Source: Trypanosoma brucei
Taxonomy: Eukaryota
Reading direction: 5' to 3'
NCBI GenBank assembly: GCA_000002445.1
Contig: CM000208.1
Location: forward strand, 3,392,001-3,456,000
DNA: 64,000 nt
Shown here one piece after another: positions 42,262 through 54,021 of the stretch. The translations under genes were made by a program, and so were the position numbers. Position 1 is the first letter of the stretch, and every line of letters starts with the position of its first letter. Under the pieces are notes generated by a model that did no database searches, was not told the origin of the DNA, and was given only the letters and a program-made list of their open reading frames with translations.

Positions 42262-42850
42262 ACCAACGATTTCTTAAATCACGATAGTGTATGAGAACAC
42301 AACTTATGGTCTGTTACTCCCGTTCAGCGGCCCTGACAAGTATATATGTATGCGTGTTTTTTTGTATATGCACCTCTCCGTGTGTCTTACAAATCTGGTA
42401 CCCACGCCACCCCACTACCGGAACGAGGCAGTCACAAAAGTCACTAATTAGGCGAAACATAGGAACAGAAGGTAGCCACATAAAAACTGAGTAGAGAGTG
42501 ACAGAATGTAAAAAAAAAAAATGTGTGAAACCAACGATCACTTCTTAACCCAGTAAATAGATGCATATGCATACGTACACACAGAAGGGGGGAGAGAGGT
42601 GTTGCACGTGGGCGTATACATTTTAAATTTGGTAACAAAAATTAACAGGGCATTGTATCAAAGGGCAACTTTCAAGGCTGCCTCTATGTCTCACGCACTA
42701 CCTTCGCGTTCTTCATTTTTGTGCCCAGAGCAGTAGCCATATACCCACCGACTGGCCGGCTGCTCGGTACTTTGCCTGCTCACGGCAACCAAAAGATGTG
42801 AAATGATGAAGAAACGGGAAAGTAGTATAATTTATGTATGTTTATTACAC

Positions 42851-45800
42851 TTAAATGAAGACTGGGCGCTGAGCGAAATCAGAGACAGTGTATTCCTCAC
42901 TACCCCCATCATCACTGCTGTGTCCAGTGACACGGTTGTCAGCTCTTTGATTTGTATACCCCGCTTTTTGATTTTGCAGAAGGCCCTCCACCTTAGTTGG
43001 GGTTGTCGGATAAGTTGCTCCCATTTCCACAGGAAATGCTCGTTCAGTAGACTGTGGGCCCTGACTGCGCTGCAGTAGCAACCGCTGTTGTTGTTGTTGC
43101 TGTTTTAGTATCTCCGCGTAGATACTACATGCATCCACAGAAAGATGCTCCGCCACAGAAGAAGAGTCCGCGCGAGAAGATACGGAAGATATGCAGCCTT
43201 CAGTGTTTTGGGGATGCACCAGCCGAGACAGCACATCAGCGCCATTTAGTCCCCTGTCGTCGTCAGAGTTTTGCGAGTTAGCACCTGAATCAACGTCTCC
43301 TCTCGCACTAACTTCTCCCTTACCGACGGCATCACCTATCGTGGAACCTTCACCACTTCGTACGGATATTCTACCCCCACCACTGCGACTAAGATTACCG
43401 GTTGATATATCGTGAAATGGCTCAATGACGGTACGATATAGTGCAGGCCCCCCTGTACTTCCTGTAGGAGCACGGTAGTGGTGGCTGGCAAGTTCTGTTG
43501 CAGAAGCGGGAGGGTTGGACGTATCACAAGTTTCCCTGTGCTCGTCGTCACGTGCCTCGGAAATTTTTTTGCGAGTCAACTGCTTCGTGAGTAGCCGCTG
43601 CCTCTGCATACTGACTGCGGCGTCAAAAAGGGATTGTAGGGACATATTTTGCAGCCACTCGTTGCGGATCTCATCGCCCTTTCCAGTGGAATCATCACGG
43701 GTTTCGCCATCCTCCACCGCGTACGGATCACAACCTTGTTGGTACAAAGACCCCGGCAAACGAGGTCCCCGTGACCCGTGCCTTGGGTGCCAGGAGCTAC
43801 CCCCTGAAGAGAAACTTGCCTCTCTCCCGTTCGAAGGTTTGACTCCTCGACAAGCTTCATCAGTGCTTTCCCGATTGCTACTGCTACCGGTTATATCATA
43901 GCGCTTCCCAGAGTCCGTATGCAACGAAACAGGGGTGACATCGCACGGCAACGTACCCTCAGTTCCATTAATTGCTGAGTGTTCGTTGCGGCGGAACTTA
44001 CGCGGGTCGTAAGCTAAAGGTTCTTCTTTCTTCGCCGCCTCCATGCGCAAACGCACCGCATTCTCACGAAGAAGATCTGACCGCGTCTTCTTCATTTGAG
44101 GTGGTTGCCTGTTCCTCCCGTTTTCAGGGGATAGATGCCGCGAACATGAATCAAGGACCGGTGTGTCAGATTCCAAACTAACCGCCATCGACTCCCGTAA
44201 CCGGCGCTCTTGTTCTTGCAACCTCTTTTTTTCTTTCACTAGACGCTGCATCACCGCTTTCTGCTGCTCCAATGTCTCACGTCGCTTCAGCGCCGTGGCA
44301 CCGTACGCTACATCCTTTTGCCGCTTCTCCAAGCGCCGCTTTGCAGTCTTAATGACGTCAACTAAGCGATCGCGTTCCTGGCGAAGTCGCATGGCCTCTT
44401 GGCGTTGATCCTTAATGAGTTGACGGTGCTGTTTTAGTTGGGTTGTCAACTCTGTGACGGTGTTGTGGAGGCCCCTCTGGCGATCCTGCGAGCGAATCAA
44501 AGACTGCTCTAATGCCTGGGCTTGCTGAAGAAGTTTTTCCCGAGTAGAGTTCACCGTAGTAAATGTAGAACTTGAAGCAGATGAAAAATTGTTGTTACAG
44601 TGCTGGTGGCTACTGCTGTTGCTCTGCCCCTCGTTAGTGTCATTCGACTGCCGGCTGTGGTCATTCACTGTTGAAGGACTATCTAACGGGCTAGATGTGC
44701 GTAGTCGATGCTCAAGCATGGGGGTGAGTGAAGCCACAGCTTGGAGATATCGAACACTGGACCGACCGTCGTCAAAACTACTGCTGTTAGACACATCCCT
44801 CGTAGGAGCAAGAGGAGGGCCTGCAGCAGCCGTTGGCGACAAGGGGTTGAATGCTCGACAATATCTTTCCTTACCAGCAAGCTTCTCGCTGCCGTTAAGA
44901 ATCCCGTTCATTGTTTCTACACCACCACACTTGTTGGTGCTGCTGCCCCTCCTAACACCAGTTTGGTTCACTCCAGTGCGACGCTCAAGGCTGTCCACCC
45001 TCTGATAATCTCTTTTAGAGCTATCGCTACTACGTTTATCCGACCGCGGCGAAACAACCGGTACCACGCCACGTGACACAAACTCGGAATGTCGATTATA
45101 TTGCGAGTCGGCTGCCTCTGCAGCGTCTGGTGTCGCAACAGCCGTATCCCTTTCGGTCGGCGACCTAAGTGGGCGTCTATCTTCAAAGGTTTCGCGCTTC
45201 GGAGTCAAAAGTGGACGACGCTTATCCGTTGGGGATTTCAGTGGAGATGGTGGCAACGGTGGCGATGTCAGATGACAATGACCGGAGACCGCTGCCGTAG
45301 TTGGGGACTGAATAAGTTGACTTCTGGCGACATCCGCCCCCCTTTTCCCCAAACAGGATCGCCCCTGTGGGGGCTCCGACGGTGCGACGCCATCGACATT
45401 CAGCTGAGATGTGGGGTCACGCCAAACTGTCATGTCCTTTTCCTCCACAGGAGAAAGTGTTCGCGGTGGACTGATGTAGTGCCTCGGTGACATCATGGGG
45501 TCACGGGTTTTTTCAATGCTATTACCATTTTCAATAAAATTTTGAAGGACGTCACGTGCGGCCTCGGTAAACAGCCGCTTCATTCTGCCCACCTCTATGC
45601 CATTGTCTATTTCAATAACCTGAGGCAATACTTGGTGCAGTAGCGATGCATACAGCACCAATCGTAACCCTCCTCCACCGCTGTTTCTGATGTTGCCTTC
45701 CGCAGAACTCTGCTGTCGCTCTACAGAAGCCTCCATTTCATGCAAATGATGTTGTACAATTTCTTTCACAAGTTCCTTAAGGCCGTGCCGTGTCTCCTCC

Positions 45801-46726
45801 TCATCCTCATGCCGCTGTTCTCTCCTTCTGACGCCTCCTCTTGAGGCAAGCAACGCAGGAAATAGCAATATCTCTGTGAAAGTCGCCACAGCCTCCCGAG
45901 GGGCCTGCAGGAACGTTTCACTTAAAGGAGTACCGCGCAAATCGATATCCCGAAGCTTTGGACACGCTGTTGCTGCAGATGACACAGCTGTCAGATCGGC
46001 GATCCCACATTGAGCCGCGTGAAGAAACAACAATCCTTCCATTCCGCAAAGTACACCATTCAAAGACTCGAGCTTTGCGTTGCCATCAAGCTGAAGAACC
46101 ACGATGGCAGAAGTGGTGCATTGTACCCAAGCGGCCTTTTCAGCATCACTAGACACCGAGCTCATCGGCAACTCCACACTCTCATGCCACAACTCTTCAA
46201 TAACATCGCTGTCTTCCAGCGTCTGTTGCAGGTCATTGTGTGACAAGTCGAGCTCCGAGAGGTGAGGAAAAAGTCGGCGGTTAAAGAAAAGTGCCACATT
46301 AATTGGACTTGAGCCCCGCAAGCGACTTAACCCGCCGTCCACGCCCATGACCACAGTGGTGTCAGGAGATTCATTCCCATCACTACAGCTCCGGTCACCT
46401 AAATTATACTCAAGCGAAAAGCCACGCAAGTGATTGTGTGATAAGTTGAGCACACGTAATGACCTTGGTAACGTACTCAACCACGGGGTCCTGTGGTCAC
46501 TTTCCCCAGACATACGGCCAGCTCCATTACACCCCAATTTGTTATGGGACAAGTCAAGGTGCGTGAGTTGGTGGAATAAAGCTCCAAGTCCAACTATATT
46601 GCTAATATAGTTGTGGCTGGCCGTCAGCCTAACTACACGGGCGGCTGCCAACAACTCCTCCGGTGAGGAGTTTTGTGCATCGAAGTTCAACTCGTTGATA
46701 GACTTGTTCGATAAATCAACGTTCAT
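42851..46726 (-). CDS. Leucine-rich-repeat and coiled-coil protein, putative (1291 aa)
   Basis: The N-terminal LRRs are 'LTHLDLSHNKLG', 'LRVLNLSHNHLRGF', 'LSELDLSHNDLQQ', 'LQLDGNAKLESLNG' and 'LRDIDLRGTPL'. A central long heptad or charged coiled coil follows ('LIKDQRQEAMRLRQERDRLVDVIKTAKRRLEKRQK...LVKEKKRLQEQERRLRE'). The C-terminal half is S-rich and low-complexity. Confidence 0.6.
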   Translation of the reverse strand: MNVDLSNKSINELNFDAQNSSPEELLAAARVVRLTASHNYISNIVGLGALFHQLTHLDLSHNKLGCNGAGRMSGESDHRTPWLSTLPRSLRVLNLSHNHLRGFSLEYNLGDRSCSDGNESPDTTVVMGVDGGLSRLRGSSPINVALFFNRRLFPHLSELDLSHNDLQQTLEDSDVIEELWHESVELPMSSVSSDAEKAAWVQCTTSAIVVLQLDGNAKLESLNGVLCGMEGLLFLHAAQCGIADLTAVSSAATACPKLRDIDLRGTPLSETFLQAPREAVATFTEILLFPALLASRGGVRRREQRHEDEEETRHGLKELVKEIVQHHLHEMEASVERQQSSAEGNIRNSGGGGLRLVLYASLLHQVLPQVIEIDNGIEVGRMKRLFTEAARDVLQNFIENGNSIEKTRDPMMSPRHYISPPRTLSPVEEKDMTVWRDPTSQLNVDGVAPSEPPQGRSCLGKRGADVARSQLIQSPTTAAVSGHCHLTSPPLPPSPLKSPTDKRRPLLTPKRETFEDRRPLRSPTERDTAVATPDAAEAADSQYNRHSEFVSRGVVPVVSPRSDKRSSDSSKRDYQRVDSLERRTGVNQTGVRRGSSTNKCGGVETMNGILNGSEKLAGKERYCRAFNPLSPTAAAGPPLAPTRDVSNSSSFDDGRSSVRYLQAVASLTPMLEHRLRTSSPLDSPSTVNDHSRQSNDTNEGQSNSSSHQHCNNNFSSASSSTFTTVNSTREKLLQQAQALEQSLIRSQDRQRGLHNTVTELTTQLKQHRQLIKDQRQEAMRLRQERDRLVDVIKTAKRRLEKRQKDVAYGATALKRRETLEQQKAVMQRLVKEKKRLQEQERRLRESMAVSLESDTPVLDSCSRHLSPENGRNRQPPQMKKTRSDLLRENAVRLRMEAAKKEEPLAYDPRKFRRNEHSAINGTEGTLPCDVTPVSLHTDSGKRYDITGSSSNRESTDEACRGVKPSNGREASFSSGGSSWHPRHGSRGPRLPGSLYQQGCDPYAVEDGETRDDSTGKGDEIRNEWLQNMSLQSLFDAAVSMQRQRLLTKQLTRKKISEARDDEHRETCDTSNPPASATELASHHYRAPTGSTGGPALYRTVIEPFHDISTGNLSRSGGGRISVRSGEGSTIGDAVGKGEVSARGDVDSGANSQNSDDDRGLNGADVLSRLVHPQNTEGCISSVSSRADSSSVAEHLSVDACSIYAEILKQQQQQQRLLLQRSQGPQSTERAFPVEMGATYPTTPTKVEGLLQNQKAGYTNQRADNRVTGHSSDDGGSEEYTVSDFAQRPVFI

Positions 46727-48014
46727 CTCGACTTGGAAACAAAATACAGAAAACCAAAGTAGTCAAAAGTTGTGCACATATTGGTACATTAGTTAAAAGT
46801 GCATTGGCAAGGTAGAGAAGGAAAACACGAGTAATTAGAACCCACAAAAACGGGACATCGCACACAAAAATTAAAAAAAAGAGGTTGGGTTTTCAGCAGA
46901 ATCATCCACTTTCGACTTCACAAAAATCCTATCCGTATTCATATGCTGCATTTGTTCCATGCAAGACTATTATGTTGTGACAACTCACAGACGGGCTGCA
47001 ATCTTACAAATCGCAGCACTCGCAGAGAAAAGGGAATAACAACAACATACCAACGCTCTTTACTGGATCGTGACGTGCCTAAGTGCAGCGTCAATAATAG
47101 CTACAGCTCAAAGGGGAAAAGCAGCACCAGCACGAAAGCTAATAATGCTTATATCATTCAAACTTCTTTACGCTGCTGTGGTCAGGAGGTAAGGAAGAAC
47201 CAAATACTCTATTCTTCCAGAGATAGAAGGGAGCGATTTACAAACAAACAGGAAAGAAAAGTAACAAGGAGGCACAATGATGCAAAGCAGTGGTCCTTGT
47301 AGGAAAGCGGCACTCCACATTGGAACAGGATGGATATCAAAAATACCAGAAGGTTTCGACCAAATAGAAGGGGGAGGCAGATATGATGGAGAGGGGAAAA
47401 CGGTGAGTACCGAACAAAGACCACAGCGAATAAGCAGTTTTTGTTTACCGTATTTTTTCTTCTCCTCCTGTCTCGCTCAGTAGTGCAGGGATGTCTCCTT
47501 TGCAAGGAGAAAGAAAGGAGGAAAAAGTAGAAACAAAAGGTAAATACAGTAGCTATAACGAAAACAACAACACTGCACAAGAAACAAGAAGGAGGAATCC
47601 TTATGGTTCGTATAGTCACGTACACGTACACGTACACAAAGGCAATGTACCGCATCTGTAAAATGGTACAGTACATACCCCTTCCTTCGCCCCTCCTTTT
47701 TTTCTTCAATCTGTTTGCCGCACTCCATTTGACGACCCCCACACAAGTAAGGGAGGGAAGACAAAAGGAAAGAGGGGAAAAAAGGAAAAAAAGGGTTAAG
47801 AGAGAAGGAAAGGAAGAAGAAGAAATGGCAAAGAGAGAGAGAGAGAGAGAGAAGTACCACCACGCCACACAAACGCACAACGGCGTGACGCAGGCCCTCA
47901 ACTATTGCATCTCGTCACTTCCTTTTTCCGTTCCAATCGTAGCAGATAAACGAAGGAAAGGAATTAATTACAAATGCAGCAAAGAGCCAAGAAAAAGTAA
48001 AAACAGGGGGAAAC

Positions 48015-48015
<1 letters not shown>

Positions 48016-48046
<31 letters not shown>
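48016..48046. repeat. (CA)n microsatellite
   Basis: Read directly: 'cacacacacacacacacacacacacacaaacacaca'. Confidence 0.9.
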
Positions 48047-48053
<7 letters not shown>

Positions 48054-48569
48054 AAGAAAAAAAAAAGACGAACAGGAAGGGTGAAAAAATGATAGGATCG
48101 AAAAATGGCGCATGCCCGCGATACAAAAATCTGTTGAAAACTGTAACCGATGCCGTGTAAGCATGAGTGCTTCACTGATTGTGTGTACGGCTTCGTGTCG
48201 GGTAGGAAAATGGACAATGGGATGACATGAAGGCGGATTTCAAATCAAACATAAGGGTCGGAAAGATTTTAAAAAAAGCAGGGTAAGGTAAGCAAAAATT
48301 AAAAAAAACTAATAGAGGAGATGAAACAATGGAAAAAAAAAGTAAAAAGAACAATATCAACACAAACACAAGCGGTGTGACTAAAATACGTAAGCTTGGG
48401 AAGTTAGGGGCTCAAGGAAAATATTTCTTTTTTCTAAAAAGAAGAAAAGAGGATGAAAGAGGTCTTTCATTATTGTTTCCTTCATAGTGATACTAATATA
48501 CAATGGTCCACTTCACTGACATAGGTAGGTGGGTATGCGCGGGAACGATACGCGAGGGGGAATTTCCCT

Positions 48570-51500
48570 TCACGCAGCCCCACCAATGGCTGTTTCCTTT
48601 TCCTCCTTGCGCCGCTCAGTCCGGGCATCATTTCCACCTTCGCTGCAGTTTCCCTGGGAATCCACGTTAACAACACGTGGAAGAAATCCGTCATTCTCAA
48701 TATCGCATTGATATGCTTCGCTAATTCCTGCACTCTGAGGTGCTGTAAGCGGTACATCATCGCCAAATTCCACATCACTAACTTCCATAATAGCTTCGTC
48801 CAAATCTTCTTCGTCGTCGAGGTCGGACTCGTCGTCCCGCGACTCCCCTTCCTTATTTTCCTCGCACCCATCCACCGACGAGGTGGGGAAATTTAATGAA
48901 ACTACGTGCACCCCAATGGCTCCCTGGTTTGGGGACGTGGCCCGTGTTGCTTCACTGCGGGAAAGACGCTCACATCTATCCACCAAGTTCCTCACTTCCT
49001 CTGCGCTCAGTAGCGATGGCTCCCGTTCCTTAACATTTTTTTTGTCACTGTTGTTTCCTGCACTCGCTTTTTTTGCCTGTGAAGGATTGTTATAAAGAAG
49101 ACCGCGCAGATGATCGAGCATTGAGAGGTAGCCATCTAGCGAAGCCTCAGGGAGCACCTGAACAGAGCCGGTGCTTCCCTGCCTACCCTCATCATCACGA
49201 GAGGCGCGCGGGTCGTCTTCCAAACCTATAAAACCGCCCGTCTCTTCCGCATCTGAGTCTTTCTGTAAACCATATGGTTTGCTTTGGCACCCTTCCCCAG
49301 CCGCACAGGCGACGCTAGTTGGTGAAATAATACACGGAATACTAGTTAGGGATGGAAGCTCATCCGAGCAGCGCTCCCTTCCTCTTGTTTCTGCATCAAA
49401 AGCAGTTGTGTCACTTCCACTGCTTGACGTCACTGGTGAATGCTTTTTCGACACGCTAGTACCGACAAGAACCTCAAGGGTACTTGGGATACAGGGTCGT
49501 GGCCCATCAACCTTCTGAAAAACAGCCATCTCATCCGCGTGTCCGGGAAGCTTCATGTTATTGTGAAATCCCATACCCACTAAGTGTGAGCACAGAGCGC
49601 GATATGGAGCTTTCCCGTTTGCATTTTTATCCACAAAATTTCGCCACTGCTGCGCCACATCAGGTGGATCGGCAGTTACATCATTGATTGATGGAAGCAC
49701 TGGAGTGCTATCACCTTCGAAGGCCGCTTTCTTGTTCAAGGCCTCCTCGCTCGTTGGGGCAACGCCATAGCATATGTCAACTAGGATGGGTGTGTGAATG
49801 GATTCTTCGAAGGCAGGAGAACGGCCGTTGTCTGGCTTTTTCTCACGCGTGGGGGCCGGTTGGTGCACCTTCGGATTTATTTTTGCAACAACCATAGACG
49901 GTGCGGCATCAGGAGGTGTAGCCTGAGGCACATGATTGTTCCGGCTGGCCCCACCACGCTGAAACGTTTGCCTCCTCTGGCCATGTGGTGCTGCAGACGG
50001 GCTAACGGGCATCGAGAAAACAGCGGGGGACAGGCACTGTCCTTGAGCTGCCACACCCGCACGACACTGAAGTGGTGCCAGAAGCATCGGCTGACCGATT
50101 TCATTCTTTGAACTATCGTCGTCCCCATTTATTTCTTGGCTCTTGGAACAACCGCCGCGCTGGTTGGACGGGAGGAAGCCATCTTTTCTTCGATACAAAA
50201 TAGGCGAACCCCCTTTATGCCTGGCGTTGACGAACTCTGGTGCGCAGCTCTTAGACCGACCGCAAACCACATCATTTCTCTTTGCCGGATGCAAATTGAA
50301 ATCCCCCTTTAGTTGTGACAAAAGGGCATGTTGTTTTGCCTGCTGTTGAAGCTCACGTCGCACCTTCACATCAGCCGGCAGGTCTTCGAGGTTTAAACGC
50401 GAAAATGGTGAAGTCACCCTCAGAGCGGGTAAATCCTTGGTAGCCGACGCACCTTCCGCGACAAAGCCTGATGCCGTGGTTGGCCTAACATGACATTTAT
50501 TGACGGCAGCTTCCTTCTCGTTTAAGGGTGAATTCTTAGAAGGCGTTACCTCCATCGATGGGGAAATTGATGGGGCACTATTACGACGACCCAGCGTACC
50601 GTTCGCAAACGGCGACCGCAAATCCCCTTCCGCAGAACCCAGTTTTTTTATGTCGTGGTGGTTGACTATAGCCTTTGCAACTGGGCTCTCAGCACGCGGG
50701 GTGGGGAGAAGCGGGGCAGAAACTATGTTTGTTAGGGGCTGTTGTTTTAACTGCCGCCGCAGCGGTTGCTGTTTTTGGAAGACCTGGTCTGCTGTCGGTA
50801 TTACCAGTGGACACGGCTCCTTTGGTCTCCCAAGAGGATGTCGGTGAACCGATGGATCTGCGGTTCGCTTACCCTTCTGCGGCTTTGGTTCAAGCTGCCC
50901 AGCATTCAGCTGAGAAGGTTCCGCACGTCTTGGGTTATCGTTCAGGTTAACAACATCTCTGTACACAACAACTCGAGGAGAGGCAGCAACACCGCGTGCA
51001 GCCGAGTCGCCATCGCCCCTTGGTTGCATCCCTGGTTGCTGATACAATTGCCGCACCCTTTGGTTATCTGGAATTCCAGGGGAATCCACTGGTGGCGCTG
51101 GCCCCTTCAGAGCTTCACGTAGGGCCGCATTGTGATAATTGGGACAATAAGGTGATGCAATAGCGTTTCCATTTCGCCCTCCAGAAACTGGGTTAGATTC
51201 CTTAGGGGCGGCTCTAACACAACGGGGATCACGACCGAACACTGGATTCTGCTGCTGTGGGTACTGGGCACCGCGAGGTGGCGATTGTAAAACTTTGTAT
51301 GGTGATGGGTACGCATTTCTGTCGCCCACCGCGGGTTGACCTGGGTTAAGGGGCTTCATTTCCGCAACAGGTTTCTGTGCGTGTTGCTTCTGCTCCACGC
51401 CCTTACGTACTTTTTCACCCCGCGCTATCCTATTTTGCTGTTCAATCACCTTCAAAAGCTCTTGCTTTCTAAGTTGCCTTCGCCGCTCCAACCTCTCTTT

Positions 51501-53090
51501 CTGTTCCTTCTGTCGCTGCAGGTATTCCTCCTGCTTGCGCTTCATATAGGCATGAATGGTGTTGAGCGTCTTAGGATCCACATCCTTGGCATAACGCTCT
51601 ACGATAGCATTGATACGTTTGATCCTGTCCTCAAACCCTTCACCCTGTTTGCAGTCGGGGCCTCGTTTCGCTTCGTTATTTTTTTGCATCTGGCGCTGCG
51701 CGTCCGGCTGCGGTTGATGTGGCTGCCGCTGTTTTTCCTGTAGTTGTTGAAAGTGCTGCTGCATCAGCTGTTTGTAAGGGTTTGCCACATACTGGGGTTG
51801 GCACGGAACCTGCTGAAAATGGGGCCTTTGATATGGGGAAAAGGGTAAAGCCTGCTTGATATCAGCTAGCGGACGCTTGCACTGCGGTGGAGCCTCCCGC
51901 CGAAAGATTTCTAACCTGCCATGATCTGCCGCCGCATGCGCCGCGTTAGGTTTCGGAGCAAGTAGACCGGCATGGTCTGCATGCCTCTGCGCAGCTGGAT
52001 CAACAGCTGGTGGTCCAGCAGCCATCGCCGCCCGTGGAGAAACATGTTGCTGTCGCACAAAACACTCTGGTGCCTGTTGCTGTTGTTGGCGATTGTGCTG
52101 TCCTGCTAGGGCCATGGCTGCCATTTTACCCGGTGACATCTCAGGCGGGTGGGGCTCCTGACGGTGGCGTTGCTCCCCCCGAGGAGTCTCCTGTGGGCGT
52201 GGAGTAACGGGCTCACAGCACGGAATGTTTTCCGCTGCAGCATCGTACTCAATTATGTCTTTGAGACGTATCCTACACTGCGTGGCTAGCATGAGATCCT
52301 CTTCTAACCGCTCAAGCGACCGCTGCACAATCGGAAAGGCGAGCATCTGTCTAATACTTGGCCGCCGTGCCGGGTCCTTCTGGAGGCACCAGTCGACCAT
52401 CTTACGGAATTCGCGTGAAAAATGCGATGGCAGAGGATTGTACGTCCCCCTCACTATGCGTTGCATGAGCTGTTGCATGCTGTTCCCGTCGAAAGGGTGC
52501 CGACCTGTGGCCAGCTCGTAGAGAAGCACGCCGAGTGCCCACACATCAGATTTATTGTTGTACGGTTTGTTCTTGCAGATTTCCGGTGAAAAGTAGTACG
52601 GGGTGCCACAAACAGTGCTTGCCATACCCATTGTGTTTCGCAACACTGTGGCAATCCCAAAGTCACCCAACTTCACGGACCCGTTTTTCATAAGAAATAC
52701 ATTCATGGTTTTGATGTCCCGGTGGAGAATGTGCCGGGAATGCAAGTACTCCATGGCCAGGCAGACTTGGGAATAGTAATACAATATTCTGCTCTCGTTC
52801 ATGGGGCCGCGCTTTATTTTACCGTGTAGGTCTCCATCATCGCAATACTCCATCACAATATACAGGTTATTTCGGTTCTCGAAATGCTCCACGTAGCGAA
52901 CAATGTTAGGGTGGTTGAGTTTCTGGAGCATACGGCACTCCTGTCGAGCCTCCGTTCGCTCCTTTTCGTTCAACTTCCCAAGGAATACCTCCTTGATGAC
53001 GAAGAGTGCATTATCGCTTCTCCGCTTGATGAGAATGGCACTACCGAAGCTTCCTTTACCAAGGACGCGTACCTTTGTGTATTTCTCCAT
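48570..53090 (-). CDS. NEK (NIMA-related) serine/threonine protein kinase with approx. 1200-aa C-terminal extension
   Basis: The N-terminal catalytic domain shows 'LGKGSFGSAILIKRR' (Gly loop), 'FVIKEV', 'HRDIKTMNVFL', 'LGDFGIA' and 'CGTPYYFSPEICKNKPYNNKSDVWALGVLLYEL'. This spacing and these residues are typical of NEK kinases. The tail has Q-rich and coiled-coil segments and a poly-acidic C-terminus. Confidence 0.8.
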   Translation of the reverse strand: MEKYTKVRVLGKGSFGSAILIKRRSDNALFVIKEVFLGKLNEKERTEARQECRMLQKLNHPNIVRYVEHFENRNNLYIVMEYCDDGDLHGKIKRGPMNESRILYYYSQVCLAMEYLHSRHILHRDIKTMNVFLMKNGSVKLGDFGIATVLRNTMGMASTVCGTPYYFSPEICKNKPYNNKSDVWALGVLLYELATGRHPFDGNSMQQLMQRIVRGTYNPLPSHFSREFRKMVDWCLQKDPARRPSIRQMLAFPIVQRSLERLEEDLMLATQCRIRLKDIIEYDAAAENIPCCEPVTPRPQETPRGEQRHRQEPHPPEMSPGKMAAMALAGQHNRQQQQQAPECFVRQQHVSPRAAMAAGPPAVDPAAQRHADHAGLLAPKPNAAHAAADHGRLEIFRREAPPQCKRPLADIKQALPFSPYQRPHFQQVPCQPQYVANPYKQLMQQHFQQLQEKQRQPHQPQPDAQRQMQKNNEAKRGPDCKQGEGFEDRIKRINAIVERYAKDVDPKTLNTIHAYMKRKQEEYLQRQKEQKERLERRRQLRKQELLKVIEQQNRIARGEKVRKGVEQKQHAQKPVAEMKPLNPGQPAVGDRNAYPSPYKVLQSPPRGAQYPQQQNPVFGRDPRCVRAAPKESNPVSGGRNGNAIASPYCPNYHNAALREALKGPAPPVDSPGIPDNQRVRQLYQQPGMQPRGDGDSAARGVAASPRVVVYRDVVNLNDNPRRAEPSQLNAGQLEPKPQKGKRTADPSVHRHPLGRPKEPCPLVIPTADQVFQKQQPLRRQLKQQPLTNIVSAPLLPTPRAESPVAKAIVNHHDIKKLGSAEGDLRSPFANGTLGRRNSAPSISPSMEVTPSKNSPLNEKEAAVNKCHVRPTTASGFVAEGASATKDLPALRVTSPFSRLNLEDLPADVKVRRELQQQAKQHALLSQLKGDFNLHPAKRNDVVCGRSKSCAPEFVNARHKGGSPILYRRKDGFLPSNQRGGCSKSQEINGDDDSSKNEIGQPMLLAPLQCRAGVAAQGQCLSPAVFSMPVSPSAAPHGQRRQTFQRGGASRNNHVPQATPPDAAPSMVVAKINPKVHQPAPTREKKPDNGRSPAFEESIHTPILVDICYGVAPTSEEALNKKAAFEGDSTPVLPSINDVTADPPDVAQQWRNFVDKNANGKAPYRALCSHLVGMGFHNNMKLPGHADEMAVFQKVDGPRPCIPSTLEVLVGTSVSKKHSPVTSSSGSDTTAFDAETRGRERCSDELPSLTSIPCIISPTSVACAAGEGCQSKPYGLQKDSDAEETGGFIGLEDDPRASRDDEGRQGSTGSVQVLPEASLDGYLSMLDHLRGLLYNNPSQAKKASAGNNSDKKNVKEREPSLLSAEEVRNLVDRCERLSRSEATRATSPNQGAIGVHVVSLNFPTSSVDGCEENKEGESRDDESDLDDEEDLDEAIMEVSDVEFGDDVPLTAPQSAGISEAYQCDIENDGFLPRVVNVDSQGNCSEGGNDARTERRKEEKETAIGGAA

Positions 53091-53997
53091 GAAGTATGAT
53101 TAACGTAGGACACACCTCCACTCCTTTCCTGAGTCCCCTTTATCCACCTCGTTCCCAAAAAAGAAAAAAACGTATCCTCCTCACGTCCGCTGTCTGTAAC
53201 GTAAATACAAATATATATATATATATATATATAACACGTGCTCTTCTTTTAACCAATAATAATCGCGCGAAGGTAACTCACCACGACACTTCGAACAACC
53301 GAACGACTGAAACAAAAAAAATCGACTGAAACTAAACCGCAGAGACGCTGAACTGAATACAAGGAGTTTCTCCTTTTCCTTTCCTTTCTTTCCCCACTCA
53401 CTTAACCGAACACGTTCTTTATTTATTTTTTTGACCTCTTTATCGACGTTCCTACAATTCCAAGAGAACAACAACAAAGAAACAGAGAAATGGTCTCGCC
53501 GTTCCCCTCTCCCCTTTTTCTTCCCTTTCCACTTCACTTCACTCTGTCTCTATATAAACAAAGCGGATATATCAGTAAATTTGTCTTCGCTGCCACCCGT
53601 ATATATTTATATTTATATATATGTCACGCCTCTCCCGCAATGGCCCCCAGCACTTTCCTCGTGACGGTTACTGTATTGTTATTTCTTTCCTCGCTTTTGC
53701 CTTTCCCCCTTTCTTCACGCCTTTTCAGGTGTCTCGGCAGGGGTAACGGCAGGGAGAGAAATGAGATTCAAATAACTCCAGTAACAACAAATGAAAACGA
53801 CAAGCTGCCACCAGTCCCCCCCCCAACTGCCAGAGAAGGACACTGTGGGAACAAGTTTCTTTTTTTTTTTTAAAAAAAAAAATAGAGGCAGTGTACAGTG
53901 GACCGAACAAATTTCAATGAACAGCAACGACGAACAGAAATAACAAACTAAATCAAACCAAAAGAAAGGAAGGGAAAGGAACTAATAACCGGAAAAC

Positions 53998-54021
53998 AGA
54001 CACACACACACACACACACAC
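53998..54021. repeat. (CA)n microsatellite
   Basis: Read directly: 'acacacacacacacacacacacac'. Confidence 0.9.

Noticed and set aside
47209-48217. Cluster of overlapping 100-230-aa ORFs on both strands in the spacer upstream of the LRR gene
   Set aside because: They are generated by (GA)n, (CA)n and homopolymer tracts, giving poly-E/K/R and poly-L/F translations. No coding signal is present.
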